A stretch of 64,000 bases of DNA, taken from contig NZ_DIVJ01000023.1 in NCBI RefSeq assembly GCF_002428305.1, forward strand, positions 108,489 through 172,488. Reading direction: 5' to 3'. Source of the DNA: Flavobacterium sp. UBA6135 (GTDB taxonomy: Bacteria; Bacteroidota; Bacteroidia; Flavobacteriales; Flavobacteriaceae). The position numbers and the translations under genes were made by a program. Positions 29,796 to 37,341 of the stretch are shown here, in pieces; position 1 is the stretch's first letter; the number at the start of each line of letters is the position of its first letter. The notes beneath the pieces were generated by a model, which was not told where the DNA came from, did not search any database, and was given only the letters and a program-made list of their open reading frames with translations.

Positions 29796-30724
29796 AGCTC
29801 TAATTTTGGTTTAAATTTCAGTACAAAAAGGCTTCCAATCAAAACCGGAATAACCAAATTCAAAAGCCACATTAATGTTGTTATAGAAACAATTGTCCAT
29901 TGATTAACCCCTAATTTTCCGAACAAAACAACGGCGAAACTTCCTTTTATCGCCACATCCATCAAATGAATATTCGGAACAATGGAGGCTAAAAAATACA
30001 TTGAAAAAATAGTTGCCAAAGCTAAAGAATACGTAATTTCAACACCAAAAATCAACAATAAAAAATAGCATTGATGGGAGAAAATCAGAAATCGAATAAC
30101 CGATAATTGTATAGTTGTTTTGAGCGAATTTCTTGGAAAGGTTCTAATTTTCTGAATTAAGTTTTCAACTGAAAAACCATAAATGGAAATCTTTTTTCTA
30201 AAAATTAAAAAGACGAAAAAAATCAAAAAAATCAGAATTAAAACAAAGCTGATTTTATAACTGAAATAATCATAAAACAACCCTGTAATAAACAATCCAA
30301 AAACGCCAAAAAATGAAGTTGCAGCCATTTGAGAACTGTTTCCGATAAAATTCAAAAGAATAATTTTTTTGGTTTCTGATTTTGGAAAATATAACATTTT
30401 GGCTCCGTATTCCCCCATTCGATTAGGTGTAAAAACCGAAGCAGTTAATGACCCTAACGACTGAACCGCAGCTTCTTTAAACGAAATCTTATAAAAAGTA
30501 TTCACTAAGTTTTGCCATTTCAAAATCTCAAAAAACCAGTTTAAAACGCTTAAAAATACAATTCCTACTAAACTGAAAAATGTAAATTTAGTCGAGACAA
30601 GTTGCCAGTCGTTCAAATCTTTTTTGTTCAATTCAACATACAAATAATAAAAAGCAAAGCCCACAATCAAAAGTTTGACGAGAACCAGCAGGAATTGTTT
30701 AGCTTTGTAAGGAATTGAATTCAT
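29792..30724 (-). CDS. Lysylphosphatidylglycerol-synthase TM / flippase-like membrane protein
   Basis: NWFFEILKW, FTPNRMGEYG motifs; hydrophobic; ATG 30724 (track uses TTG 30730). Confidence 0.8.
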   Translation of the reverse strand: MNSIPYKAKQFLLVLVKLLIVGFAFYYLYVELNKKDLNDWQLVSTKFTFFSLVGIVFLSVLNWFFEILKWQNLVNTFYKISFKEAAVQSLGSLTASVFTPNRMGEYGAKMLYFPKSETKKIILLNFIGNSSQMAATSFFGVFGLFITGLFYDYFSYKISFVLILIFLIFFVFLIFRKKISIYGFSVENLIQKIRTFPRNSLKTTIQLSVIRFLIFSHQCYFLLLIFGVEITYSLALATIFSMYFLASIVPNIHLMDVAIKGSFAVVLFGKLGVNQWTIVSITTLMWLLNLVIPVLIGSLFVLKFKPKLEL

Positions 30725-30742
30725 CAACACAAATAAACAAAC

Positions 30743-30770
30743 TTTAAACCTGAAACTTTAAACTTTAAAC
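30743..30770 (+). repeat. Heptamer array before the ruvC start
   Basis: tttaaac ctgaaac tttaaac tttaaac. Confidence 0.85.
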
Positions 30771-30778
30771 AAAAAAGA

Positions 30779-31333
30779 TTGGCAAACGAACGCATCATCT
30801 TAGGCATCGACCCCGGAACCACCATCATGGGATTTGGTTTAATTAAAGTCGTGAACAAAAAAATGGAATTCATTCAGTTGAACGAATTGATTTTGAGTAA
30901 ATACGACGACCATTATACCAAGTTAAAGGTCATTTTTGAACGTACCATCGAGTTGATTGAAACCCATCATCCGGACGAAATTGCGATTGAAGCTCCATTC
31001 TTTGGTAAAAACGTCCAATCGATGCTCAAACTCGGACGAGCTCAAGGCGTGGCAATGGCAGCAGGATTATCGCGACAAATTCCGATTACCGAATACGAAC
31101 CTAAAAAGATAAAAATGGCTATCACCGGAAACGGAAACGCCAGTAAAGAGCAAGTGGCTAAAATGTTGCAACAATTGTTAGGCTTGAAAGAATTACCTAA
31201 AAATTTAGATTCTACCGATGGTTTGGCGGCGGCAGTTTGTCATTTTTTTAATTCAGGGAAAGTTGTTGGTACTACTAGCTATTCCGGATGGGATGCATTT
31301 GTAAAACAGAATGAAACTAGAGTTAAGAAATAG
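30779..31333 (+). CDS. ruvC: Holliday junction resolvase RuvC
   Basis: ILGIDPG, IAIE, D.TDGLA motifs; TTG start. Confidence 0.97.
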   Translation: MANERIILGIDPGTTIMGFGLIKVVNKKMEFIQLNELILSKYDDHYTKLKVIFERTIELIETHHPDEIAIEAPFFGKNVQSMLKLGRAQGVAMAAGLSRQIPITEYEPKKIKMAITGNGNASKEQVAKMLQQLLGLKELPKNLDSTDGLAAAVCHFFNSGKVVGTTSYSGWDAFVKQNETRVKK

Positions 31334-31360
31334 TGGTCAGTGGTCAGTTTTTAGTGATCA
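31320..31360 (+). repeat. 41-bp imperfect direct repeat, left copy (contains the ruvC stop)
   Basis: 34/41 identical to 31778-31818. Confidence 0.85.
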
Positions 31361-31422
31361 GTGAATCCAAGCATCATTATACTTTTATAAGAACTTTATA
31401 ATTTATTAACCATTCATAATAT

Positions 31423-31791
31423 ATGAAATTTCAAGATTTATTAGCCTATAAAAAATCATTTTCTTTAGCAATGAACATTTTTGAATTATCAAAATCATTT
31501 CCAAAAGAAGAGATTTATTCTTTGACCGATCAAATCAGGCGAAGCTCAAGAAGTGTTTCAATAACAATTGCGGAAGCTTATAGAAAAAGAGAATATCCGA
31601 AACACTTCCATAGCAAATTAACAGATGCCGATGCAGAAAACTCTGAAACACAAGGATGGCTAGAGTTTTGTTTTGCTTGTAAATACATTTCTGAAGAAAA
31701 ATTCATTGAATTGACAAACTTTAGTTTAGAAGTTGGAAAGTTGATAAACTATATGATGCTAAATCCTGAAAAATTTGGAGTTAAAAAATAG
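31423..31791 (+). CDS. Four-helix-bundle protein (23S rRNA-IVP / TIGR02436-like family)
   Basis: FQDLLAYKKS...FPKEE.YSLTDQIRRSSRSV..IAE.Y...ENSETQ.WL pattern. Confidence 0.92.
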   Translation: MKFQDLLAYKKSFSLAMNIFELSKSFPKEEIYSLTDQIRRSSRSVSITIAEAYRKREYPKHFHSKLTDADAENSETQGWLEFCFACKYISEEKFIELTNFSLEVGKLINYMMLNPEKFGVKK

Positions 31792-31818
31792 TGGGCAGTA
31801 ACCAGCTTTTAGTGGTCA
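31778..31818 (+). repeat. 41-bp imperfect direct repeat, right copy (contains the four-helix-bundle stop)
   Basis: Stop TAG at the same offset as in the left copy. Confidence 0.85.
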
Positions 31819-31824
31819 ATAATA

Positions 31825-31895
31825 ACTGAATACTAAAATACTGAAATCTGAACACTGAATACTGAATACTAAAAACTGAACACTGAACACTAAAA
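31825..31895 (+). repeat. Array of about 10 ACTGAA(C/T)-type heptamers abutting the hemW ATG
   Basis: actgaat actaaaat actgaaa tctgaac actgaat actgaat actaaaa actgaac actgaac actaaaa ATG. Confidence 0.92.
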
Positions 31896-33029
31896 ATGTC
31901 CGGCATCTACATCCACATACCTTTTTGCAAGCAAGCTTGTCATTACTGTGATTTTCACTTTTCAACTTCAATGAAGAAAAAAGACGAAATGGTTTTGGCT
32001 TTAGCAAAAGAAATTCAGTTGCGAAAAGAAGAATTCAAAAATGATATAGTTGAAACCATTTATTTTGGTGGCGGAACACCATCAGTATTAGCGATTGAAG
32101 ATTTGAGATTGTTGATTGATGAAGTTTATACAAACTACAACGTCATTGAAAACCCAGAGATTACTATAGAAGCGAATCCTGACGACTTATCGAATAACCG
32201 AATAATCGAACTATCCAACAATCGAATTAACCGCCTCTCCATCGGCATTCAATCTTTTTTTGAAGAAGATTTGAAAATGATGAATCGTGCTCATAATGCG
32301 GAAGAAGCTAAAAAATGTTTGGAAGAAGCAACTCAACATTTTGATAACATTTCCCTCGATTTGATTTATGGAATTCCGGGAATGAGTAACGAAAAATGGA
32401 TTCAAAATATTGAAACTGCTTTATCGTTTGGCATTCCGCATATTTCGAGTTATGCATTGACCGTTGAGCCGAAAACCGCTTTACATTCGTTTATTCAAAA
32501 AGGAATAATTCTACCACCAGAAGATGAAGTTGCCCAAGAACATTTTGAAATTTTAGTAGAAAAACTGGAAGAAGCCGGATTTATTCATTATGAATTGTCC
32601 AATTTTGGTAAGGAAAACTATTTCTCTAAAAACAATTCGAGTTATTGGTTGGGAAAAAAATACATTGGTATTGGTCCGTCAGCACATAGTTATGATGGCG
32701 AAAAACGAGGTTGGAATGTATCGAATAACACGTTGTATATCAAATCCATTCAAGATGGAAAATTGCCGTTTGAAACCGAAATTTTATCAAAAACCGATCG
32801 ATATAACGAATATGTGATGACGGGATTACGAACGATTTGGGGAATTTCGTTAGATAGAATTCAAACCGAATTTGGACAAACCTATTTAGATTACCTCAAC
32901 CAACAAGCCGCCAAATACATAGAAGATCATTTGCTTTTTGTAGATGAAAACATTCTGCGAACCACACGGAATGGAAAGTTTTTGAGTGATGGGATTGCAT
33001 CAGACTTATTTTTATTAAATTTGGAGTAA
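31896..33029 (+). CDS. hemW: Radical SAM heme chaperone HemW
   Basis: YIHIPFCKQACHYCDF, YFGGGTPS, YELSNF. Confidence 0.92.
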   Translation: MSGIYIHIPFCKQACHYCDFHFSTSMKKKDEMVLALAKEIQLRKEEFKNDIVETIYFGGGTPSVLAIEDLRLLIDEVYTNYNVIENPEITIEANPDDLSNNRIIELSNNRINRLSIGIQSFFEEDLKMMNRAHNAEEAKKCLEEATQHFDNISLDLIYGIPGMSNEKWIQNIETALSFGIPHISSYALTVEPKTALHSFIQKGIILPPEDEVAQEHFEILVEKLEEAGFIHYELSNFGKENYFSKNNSSYWLGKKYIGIGPSAHSYDGEKRGWNVSNNTLYIKSIQDGKLPFETEILSKTDRYNEYVMTGLRTIWGISLDRIQTEFGQTYLDYLNQQAAKYIEDHLLFVDENILRTTRNGKFLSDGIASDLFLLNLE

Positions 33030-33030
33030 A

Positions 33031-33113
33031 ATGGAACGCTGATTTTACGGATGCTAGCAACGCTGATTAATTCGTAAATATCCGCGTTAGAATATCCAGT
33101 AAACCCGCGTTCA
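33031..33113. repeat. Degenerate inverted-repeat intergenic element
   Basis: aacgctgatt x2 and ccgcgtt x2; ends tggaacgc/gcgttcaa. Confidence 0.65.
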
Positions 33114-33116
33114 ACT

Positions 33117-33881
33117 ATGCTAGCAACAATAACCCACCAAAATAAAACCTTCCAAGTAGATTTATCAAAACCCATTGATATTTCGCTTCCATTATCCAAT
33201 ACTGAAAACAATCCGATTGCGTGGTACATTGAAAAACCACAAATTGAACCCGTTCGTTTTGGTTCGTGGGTAGGAAGTGTAAAAGGTGGAGCTACAACTA
33301 ATTTTAACAACATTTTTTTCAATCCTCACGGACACGGGACGCACACGGAATGCTTGGGACATATTACGAAAGAATTTTTCAGCATCAATCAAGCACTGAA
33401 AACATTTTTCTTTACAGCAGAATTGATTTCCATCCAACCCGAAAAACAAGGTGATGATTTTGTGATTACGAAAAATCAAGTTGAAAAAGTGTTAGGTAAT
33501 GAAATTCCGGCAGCAATTATCATTCGAACATTACCTAATTTATCAGAAAAAAAATCTAAAAATTATTCGCATACCAATCCGCCTTATTTGCATGAAGAAG
33601 CGGCAGTTTTCATTCGTGAAAAAGGCATTCAACATTTGCTTATCGATTTACCAAGTGTTGACAAAGAAAAAGACGAAGGCAAATTATTAGCTCATAAAGC
33701 CTTTTGGAATGTGAAAGATGTGAATAATTTGAATGAAGATGCACGAAAAAATGCTACGATAACGGAGTTGATTTTTGTTGATGATGTTGTGAAAGATGGT
33801 TCTTATTTGTTGAACTTGCAGATTGCTTCGTTTGAAAATGATGCTTCACCTTCGAAACCAATCCTTTTTCAAATTTTATAA
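33117..33881 (+). CDS. Cyclase-family metal hydrolase (kynurenine-formamidase-like)
   Basis: HGHGTHTE and IDLPSVD motifs. Confidence 0.85.
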   Translation: MLATITHQNKTFQVDLSKPIDISLPLSNTENNPIAWYIEKPQIEPVRFGSWVGSVKGGATTNFNNIFFNPHGHGTHTECLGHITKEFFSINQALKTFFFTAELISIQPEKQGDDFVITKNQVEKVLGNEIPAAIIIRTLPNLSEKKSKNYSHTNPPYLHEEAAVFIREKGIQHLLIDLPSVDKEKDEGKLLAHKAFWNVKDVNNLNEDARKNATITELIFVDDVVKDGSYLLNLQIASFENDASPSKPILFQIL

Positions 33882-33887
33882 ATTTAG

Positions 33888-34250
33888 ATGATGAATATTG
33901 AGCAACTCTACGAATTCTGCCAATCCAAAAAAGGCGTCACCGAACATTTTCCCTTTGATGAAGATACTTTAGTTTTTAAAGTTGGTGGGAAAATGTTTTG
34001 TTTGACTTCTTTAAAAGAATGGGAAAACGGAACTCCTTCTTTAAATTTAAAATGTGATCCTGAAAAAGCATTAGAACTTCGAACGGAATTTGATGCAATT
34101 AATCCCGGTTATCATATGAGTAAAATTCATTGGAACACGGTTGCTTTTCACAGCGATGTGGGTGACAAAATGATGCGTGAATTGATTAACCATTCGTATG
34201 AATTGGTTTTTAAGAGCTTGACTAAGAAGGTGCAAAATGAAATTGGTTAA
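33888..34250 (+). CDS. MmcQ/YjbR-family protein
   Basis: FPFDEDTLVFKVGGKMF, LKCDP, PGYHMSKIHWN. Confidence 0.9.
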   Translation: MMNIEQLYEFCQSKKGVTEHFPFDEDTLVFKVGGKMFCLTSLKEWENGTPSLNLKCDPEKALELRTEFDAINPGYHMSKIHWNTVAFHSDVGDKMMRELINHSYELVFKSLTKKVQNEIG

Positions 34251-34284
34251 AACCCTTCCAGAGTTTGAAACTCTGGAAGGGTTT
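34250..34284. repeat. Perfect 17+1+17 palindrome (REP-like or bidirectional terminator)
   Basis: AAACCCTTCCAGAGTTT-G-AAACTCTGGAAGGGTTT between two convergent stop codons. Confidence 0.9.
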
Positions 34285-35383
34285 AAAGCGATTTCTTCTG
34301 CTTTTCCACAAAACCATCGGCTTGTAATTCTAACAATTCGATGGCTCGTTTTTTCTTATAATCGTATAAGCCTTTGTCTTCTCGAATATCGGCATACACT
34401 TTATCGTAGATGGAAGCATCGGTTTGTTTTTGCAAATCGCTTTGGTATTTGTTTTGAGATAAAACATTTTTAACAGCCAATTCGCCTTCTTCTTGTTTGA
34501 AATCATATTCGCCTTTGGGCGATACTAATTTGGCAATAATGGGTGAAGTTTCAATGGCTAAGAAAAGTAGCATAATAAAAAAGGATGGCAACCACGGTAA
34601 GTCTCCCAACGCATTGATGCGAGCCATTAAACCATCAAAACCATCGATAATAGGTTGGGTTTCGGCAATTTTTTTATCTAAATTGGTTTGAAGTAGTTTT
34701 CCTTTTTCTTCTAATTCAGCAATTTTTGTTTGATTAGTTGTTTTTAGAGTGGCTAATTCTTGTAAAGCAGCATCGTGTTTTTCACGCTTTTCTTTGTAAA
34801 CCGGACCTTTTCCTAGCTTTCTTGTTCCGGCAGTTCCTTCGGCTTCGGTGATGAAAACGGTATATAAATCATTGACTTCTTTTTCTTTTTTAAGAACATC
34901 AGATTTTAAACTGTCAATTTGAGCTTTATTTTGATCTAAGTCGGATTGAAAATAATTGGCAACTTGTTTTTTATTATTCATTGCCATTTCATTTTTTTCT
35001 TTCAACAAAACGGTATTGATTTCTTTTTCAAAAATTTTGATTTCCAATGGTTTTGAAATAACGATGGCAATGATGATGGCCAACACAATTCGGGGTGAAG
35101 CCTGAATCAATTCATCCAGAAAACTGTCTCTTTTTTTTATCGTAGAAACAATAAATCGGTCGAGGTTGAAAATGAGTAAACCCCAAACGATTCCAAAAAA
35201 AACAGCGGTGTAAACGTTATCAAAAACGGTGTAAAGAGCGTAACTTCCGGCAATAAAAGCCATGACTGCCGTAAAGAAAACCGTCGCACCAATTCCGGCA
35301 TATTTGTTTTGTTCGCCGTTAGAACAACTTTCGATGATTTCTTTGTCGGCACCCGAACAAAGCATGAAGAATTTTTTGAGCAT
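34283..35383 (-). CDS. DUF4407-type membrane/coiled-coil protein
   Basis: N-terminal TM segments (LIFNLDRFIV), long coiled coil, EAEGT.GT...GKGP.Y, C-terminal TM segment. Confidence 0.8.
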   Translation of the reverse strand: MLKKFFMLCSGADKEIIESCSNGEQNKYAGIGATVFFTAVMAFIAGSYALYTVFDNVYTAVFFGIVWGLLIFNLDRFIVSTIKKRDSFLDELIQASPRIVLAIIIAIVISKPLEIKIFEKEINTVLLKEKNEMAMNNKKQVANYFQSDLDQNKAQIDSLKSDVLKKEKEVNDLYTVFITEAEGTAGTRKLGKGPVYKEKREKHDAALQELATLKTTNQTKIAELEEKGKLLQTNLDKKIAETQPIIDGFDGLMARINALGDLPWLPSFFIMLLFLAIETSPIIAKLVSPKGEYDFKQEEGELAVKNVLSQNKYQSDLQKQTDASIYDKVYADIREDKGLYDYKKKRAIELLELQADGFVEKQKKSL

Positions 35384-35555
35384 AATGATTGATGATTTAA
35401 TTACTGAAACGAGTACAGCAAAATTGATGATTGATTAGTCTTGCTTCAACGTAAAATGTTTCAAATTGTTATAAATAGTTGAAAAATTGATGGTTAAATA
35501 GAGTTGCTGATTCGCTGATTTACTATTCATTTTTTTGTAGAATATTAATCGAAAT

Positions 35556-35588
35556 AAAAAAACCGCTTACTCAGATGAATAAACGGTT
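35556..35588 (-). terminator. Intrinsic terminator of the M20 dipeptidase gene
   Basis: Minus-strand AACCGUUUAUUC/GAGUAAGCGGUU stem followed by a U-tract. Confidence 0.65.
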
Positions 35589-35614
35589 ATACAATTTGCG
35601 AATCTGCGGTTGAA

Positions 35615-37003
35615 TTATTTACTCAACTCCACAAAGTATTTATAAAACAACGGAATGGTTTCGATTCCTTTCAGATAATTAAAAATCCCGAAATGTTCGT
35701 TGGGTGAATGTATGGCATCGCTGTCAAGACCAAATCCCATTAATATGGTTTTTGAATTCAATTCTTTTTCGAACAGAGCCACAATTGGAATACTTCCGCC
35801 GGAACGAACCGGAATGGCAGGCACTCCAAACGTTTCGGTGTAGGCTTTGTTGGCCGCTTGATAGCCGATGCTGTCGATTGGCGTCACATAACCCTGACCG
35901 CCGTGATGTGGTGTAACTTTTACTTTTACGGATTTTGGAGCGATGCTTTCAAAGTGATTTTTAAACAATTCGGTGATTTCTTGCCAATCTTGATTAGGAA
36001 CCAATCGCATTGAAATTTTAGCAAAAGCTTTGCTGGCGATTACTGTTTTGGCACCTTCGCCGGTGTATCCGCCCCAAATTCCGTTGACGTCTAACGTAGG
36101 TCGGATGGAGTTGCGTTCGTTTGTGGTATATCCTGCTTCGCCATGAATATCATTGATATCTATTGATTTTTTATAGTCGTCGAGTGAGAACGGTGCTTTG
36201 GCCATTTCTGCTCTTTCCTCCAGCGATAATTCTTCTACTTTGTCATAAAAACCGGGAATGGTGATGTGATTATTTTCATCGTGAAGCGACGCTATCATTT
36301 TGGTCAAAACATTAATTGGATTAGCAACCGCACCGCCGTAAAGTCCGGAATGCAAGTCGCGGTTAGGTCCGGTCACTTCCACTTCCACATAACTTAACCC
36401 TCGAAGACCTGTAGTAATTGATGGTTGTTGATTGGAAATCATTCCGGTATCGGAAATTAGAATCACGTCGTTGGCCAATTTTTCTTGATTGCGTTCTACG
36501 AACCAGCTTAGACTTTTTGAACCCACTTCCTCCTCGCCTTCAATCATGAATTTGACGTTGCAAGGCAAGCAATTGTTGGCAATCATATATTCAAATGCTT
36601 TCACGTGCATGTACATTTGACCTTTGTCATCACACGAACCACGTGCGAAAATGGCACCTTCCGGGTGAATTTCGATAGTTTTGATGACCGGTTCAAACGG
36701 TGGCGAAGTCCACAAATCCATTGGATCGGGCGGTTGCACGTCGTAATGACCGTACACCAAAACGGTTGGCAAATTCTTGTCGATGATTTTTTCTCCGTAA
36801 ACAATTGGGTATCCCGGTGTTTCGCAAAGTTCTACGAAATCGCAACCGGCTTTTTCGAGACTTGTTTTTACAGCTTCGGCTGTATCAATAACATCTTGTG
36901 AATAAGCAGAATCGGCACTTACAGAAGGTATTTTTAGTAATTCGATTAATTCGTCGATGAATCTTTCTTTGTTTTGTTGAACGTAGTTTTTTATGTTGTT
37001 CAT
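35615..37003 (-). CDS. M20-family dipeptidase
   Basis: YGHYDVQP, RGSCDDKG, EGEEE, IHSPNE. Confidence 0.92.
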   Translation of the reverse strand: MNNIKNYVQQNKERFIDELIELLKIPSVSADSAYSQDVIDTAEAVKTSLEKAGCDFVELCETPGYPIVYGEKIIDKNLPTVLVYGHYDVQPPDPMDLWTSPPFEPVIKTIEIHPEGAIFARGSCDDKGQMYMHVKAFEYMIANNCLPCNVKFMIEGEEEVGSKSLSWFVERNQEKLANDVILISDTGMISNQQPSITTGLRGLSYVEVEVTGPNRDLHSGLYGGAVANPINVLTKMIASLHDENNHITIPGFYDKVEELSLEERAEMAKAPFSLDDYKKSIDINDIHGEAGYTTNERNSIRPTLDVNGIWGGYTGEGAKTVIASKAFAKISMRLVPNQDWQEITELFKNHFESIAPKSVKVKVTPHHGGQGYVTPIDSIGYQAANKAYTETFGVPAIPVRSGGSIPIVALFEKELNSKTILMGFGLDSDAIHSPNEHFGIFNYLKGIETIPLFYKYFVELSK

Positions 37004-37095
37004 AGTAAAAAGTAAAAAATGATAAAGTTCAAAATTACAAAAAATAAAGGGCTAAAAAAATTCATCATTCATAATTTAAAGTTCAAAATAATTTC

Positions 37096-37103
37096 TATAT
37101 TTG
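37096..37103 (+). promoter_or_regulatory. -7 promoter element of tRNA-Leu
   Basis: TATATTTG followed by CAC. Confidence 0.7.
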
Positions 37104-37141
37104 CACCCACTTATTGAAACAGCTACTGTTTTTATTCGCCC

Positions 37142-37223
37142 GCGGGTATGGTGAAATTGGTAGACACGCCAGACTTAGGATCTGGTGCCGCAAGGTGTGA
37201 AGGTTCGAGTCCTTTTACCCGCA
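37142..37223 (+). tRNA. tRNA-Leu, anticodon TAG
   Basis: Acceptor GCGGGTA/TACCCGC, anticodon arm CCAGA-CTTAGGA-TCTGG, long variable arm, GGTTCGAGTCC; no encoded CCA. Confidence 0.97.
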
Positions 37224-37224
37224 C

Positions 37225-37255
37225 AAAGCTCAAACGAAAGTTTGGGCTTTTTTTT
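37225..37255 (+). terminator. tRNA-Leu terminator
   Basis: AAAGCTCAAAC-GAAA-GTTTGGGCTTT followed by a T-tract. Confidence 0.85.
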
Positions 37256-37341
37256 GTGTCATTCAGTCATAAAATAACGTTAATTTGAAAGACTGATTTT
37301 TAAATTTAAATTAAATTAGCCATTCTATAAAAATATGAATA

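Noticed and set aside
31816-32007. Minus-strand 63-aa ORF ending LVFSVQFLVFSIQCSDFSILVFSYY
   Set aside because: It is a translation of the heptamer array plus the antisense of hemW.
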